Shown: positions 5,951-6,997 of the stretch, piece by piece
How positions within the stretch are numbered: position 1 is the first letter of the stretch
Layout: each line of letters starts with the position of its first letter
NCBI GenBank assembly: GCA_027031765.1
Contig: JALVPN010000026.1
Location: 1-6,997, forward strand
Length of the DNA: 6,997 nucleotides
Origin: Promethearchaeota archaeon
Lineage (GTDB): Archaea > Asgardarchaeota > Thorarchaeia > Thorarchaeales > Thorarchaeaceae
Direction: 5' to 3'
Made by a program: the position numbers and the translations under genes
The notes under the pieces: generated by a model
What the model saw: only the letters and a program-made list of their open reading frames with translations
Databases searched by the model: none
Told to the model about the DNA's origin: nothing

Positions 5951-5964
5951 GCCCTTTTAAGGGC
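5951..5964 (-). promoter_or_regulatory. Putative internal promoter (TATA-like TTAAAA) inside a palindrome, upstream of eL34
   Basis: GCCCTT-TT-AAGGGC perfect inverted repeat. Minus-strand TTAAAA lies ~50 nt upstream of the eL34 start in a 94-nt spacer. Confidence 0.45.
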
Positions 5965-5998
5965 AGCGGTCGCTGATGGGCAGTCGCAATGCGTCCGG

Positions 5999-6547
5999 TC
6001 ACATGAGCTGCGTGCCCATTGCCCGTTGGAGGACTGATGACAGGCCCAGTCCCATAAGGAAGTAGAACGACCAGAAGAACATCCCGAACCCTGCAGCAGT
6101 CGGGATGCCCGCGCCGAAGGCCGTCAGCGGGATGAGCTTGTGGACGTTGAAAGGTATGACTGCCACTACCGACGGGGTCCCGTCTGCATTCGTATAGAAC
6201 CCCCTCAGTAGCGTGAAGATTGCGATGAAGGGGATGAAGAAGATCATGTACGGCTTACAGCGTGATGTCATCATCTCCTTCTGTATCCTGTCTATGTATG
6301 CCTTCCTGCGTCTGACCTTCCTGAGCAGCTTCTCGTTCTGGGTCTCTTGGGCCTTCCTCTGCAGTTCCTGGTACTGCTTAATCTCAAGCTGGTACCTGCG
6401 GAGCCGCCTCATGTCTGCGAACCGTTTCATCGCAAGGTTACTTATCGTCGAGATGGTCACTGAGATGATGGCTATGAACACACCAGAGTACGGCGGCTCG
6501 TGGACCACGAGCAGGAAGTCCCTCACGAGTTCTCCGAGTAGATCCAA
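5999..6547 (-). CDS. DUF106 / EMC3-TMCO1-Get1-like (Oxa1 superfamily) membrane protein
   Basis: TM1 (GVFIAIISVTISTISNLAM), a charged coiled-coil (RRYQLEIKQYQELQRKAQE...KEMM), TM2 (PYMIFFIPFIAIFTLL) and TM3 (FWSFYFLMGLGLSSVLQR.MG). TTG start preceded by SD GGAGTGA overlapping the adk stop. Lies directly after adkA as in many archaea. Confidence 0.9.
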   Translation of the reverse strand: MDLLGELVRDFLLVVHEPPYSGVFIAIISVTISTISNLAMKRFADMRRLRRYQLEIKQYQELQRKAQETQNEKLLRKVRRRKAYIDRIQKEMMTSRCKPYMIFFIPFIAIFTLLRGFYTNADGTPSVVAVIPFNVHKLIPLTAFGAGIPTAAGFGMFFWSFYFLMGLGLSSVLQRAMGTQLM

Positions 6548-6554
6548 GGACGGC

Positions 6555-6997
6555 TCACTCCATCAGTGTCTCTGCGAGTTCTCTTGCTGCCTCCTCAACC
6601 TTTCCCTCTCGGTTCTTGATAATCCTGACGGTGGCCCCTGTCAGAGTGCCGGCAGCGACAGCAGCAGCCCTACACATCTCCTGGTGCACCCTGATGTCCT
6701 CGGTCATCTGCTCGTCTCTTGCCCGTGTGGGGTCTCCAGCCCTGCGGCCAGCAATGTTCTCCGGGTCCGCCTCCACAAGTACAATGGTCTTTGGAGATAT
6801 CGCCCGCACGACCCACTCCGGCAGACCAATGAGGAACCCGTTCTTGGTCTGGATGAGGGTGTGTGTGTCCACTATCACCTTTGCAGACTTGGCCTTCTCA
6901 GCAATCCTCTCCCCAGCCAGACGCTGGATTTCCCTCTGCTGGGCCGTGGGCAGCTTGCGCATCTCGTCCCTGTCACTGACAAGGCCCCGCGCTGATG
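6555..6997 (-). CDS. adkA: Adenylate kinase, archaeal AdkA type (5'-truncated by window edge)
   Basis: Frame stays open past the ORF-track ATG to the window edge (..SARGLVSDRDEMRKL). Motifs RDEMRKL, VIVDTH..I.TKNGFLIGLP.WV, IVLVEADPE.I..RR..D.TR.RD and HQEM.RAAA are present. Confidence 0.96.
   Translation of the reverse strand, partial: SARGLVSDRDEMRKLPTAQQREIQRLAGERIAEKAKSAKVIVDTHTLIQTKNGFLIGLPEWVVRAISPKTIVLVEADPENIAGRRAGDPTRARDEQMTEDIRVHQEMCRAAAVAAGTLTGATVRIIKNREGKVEEAARELAETLME

Noticed and set aside
6213-6995. 260-aa + strand ORF
   Set aside because: Antisense shadow of DUF106 and adkA.

Overview
GC-rich archaeal housekeeping region; the protein set (eL14, eL34, Tsr3, TiaS, Cbf5, AdkA) is clearly archaeal, and a TACK/Asgard-type host such as Thorarchaeota is my unverified impression. 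Left, + strand: 3' end of uS4, then uS11. Converging on these, - strand: tiaS preceded by a small tandem Cys-rich zinc-binding ORF, which is divergent from tsr3 (+). The ORF track misses a ~348-nt type A RNase P RNA gene (3016-3363, -) that folds by eye with P1-P19, the P4 and P6 pseudoknots and three K-turns. The right half is the conserved tail of the archaeal spc/secY operon (-): adkA (partial), DUF106/Oxa1-superfamily membrane protein, eL34, cmk, eL14, cbf5. No mobile elements, CRISPR arrays or tRNAs were seen, and there is no clearly new multi-gene system. The best leads are a K-turn hairpin that could occlude the eL14 ribosome-binding site, a second structured spacer before cmk, a zinc-ligand-depleted eL34, and the uncharacterised zinc protein upstream of tiaS.
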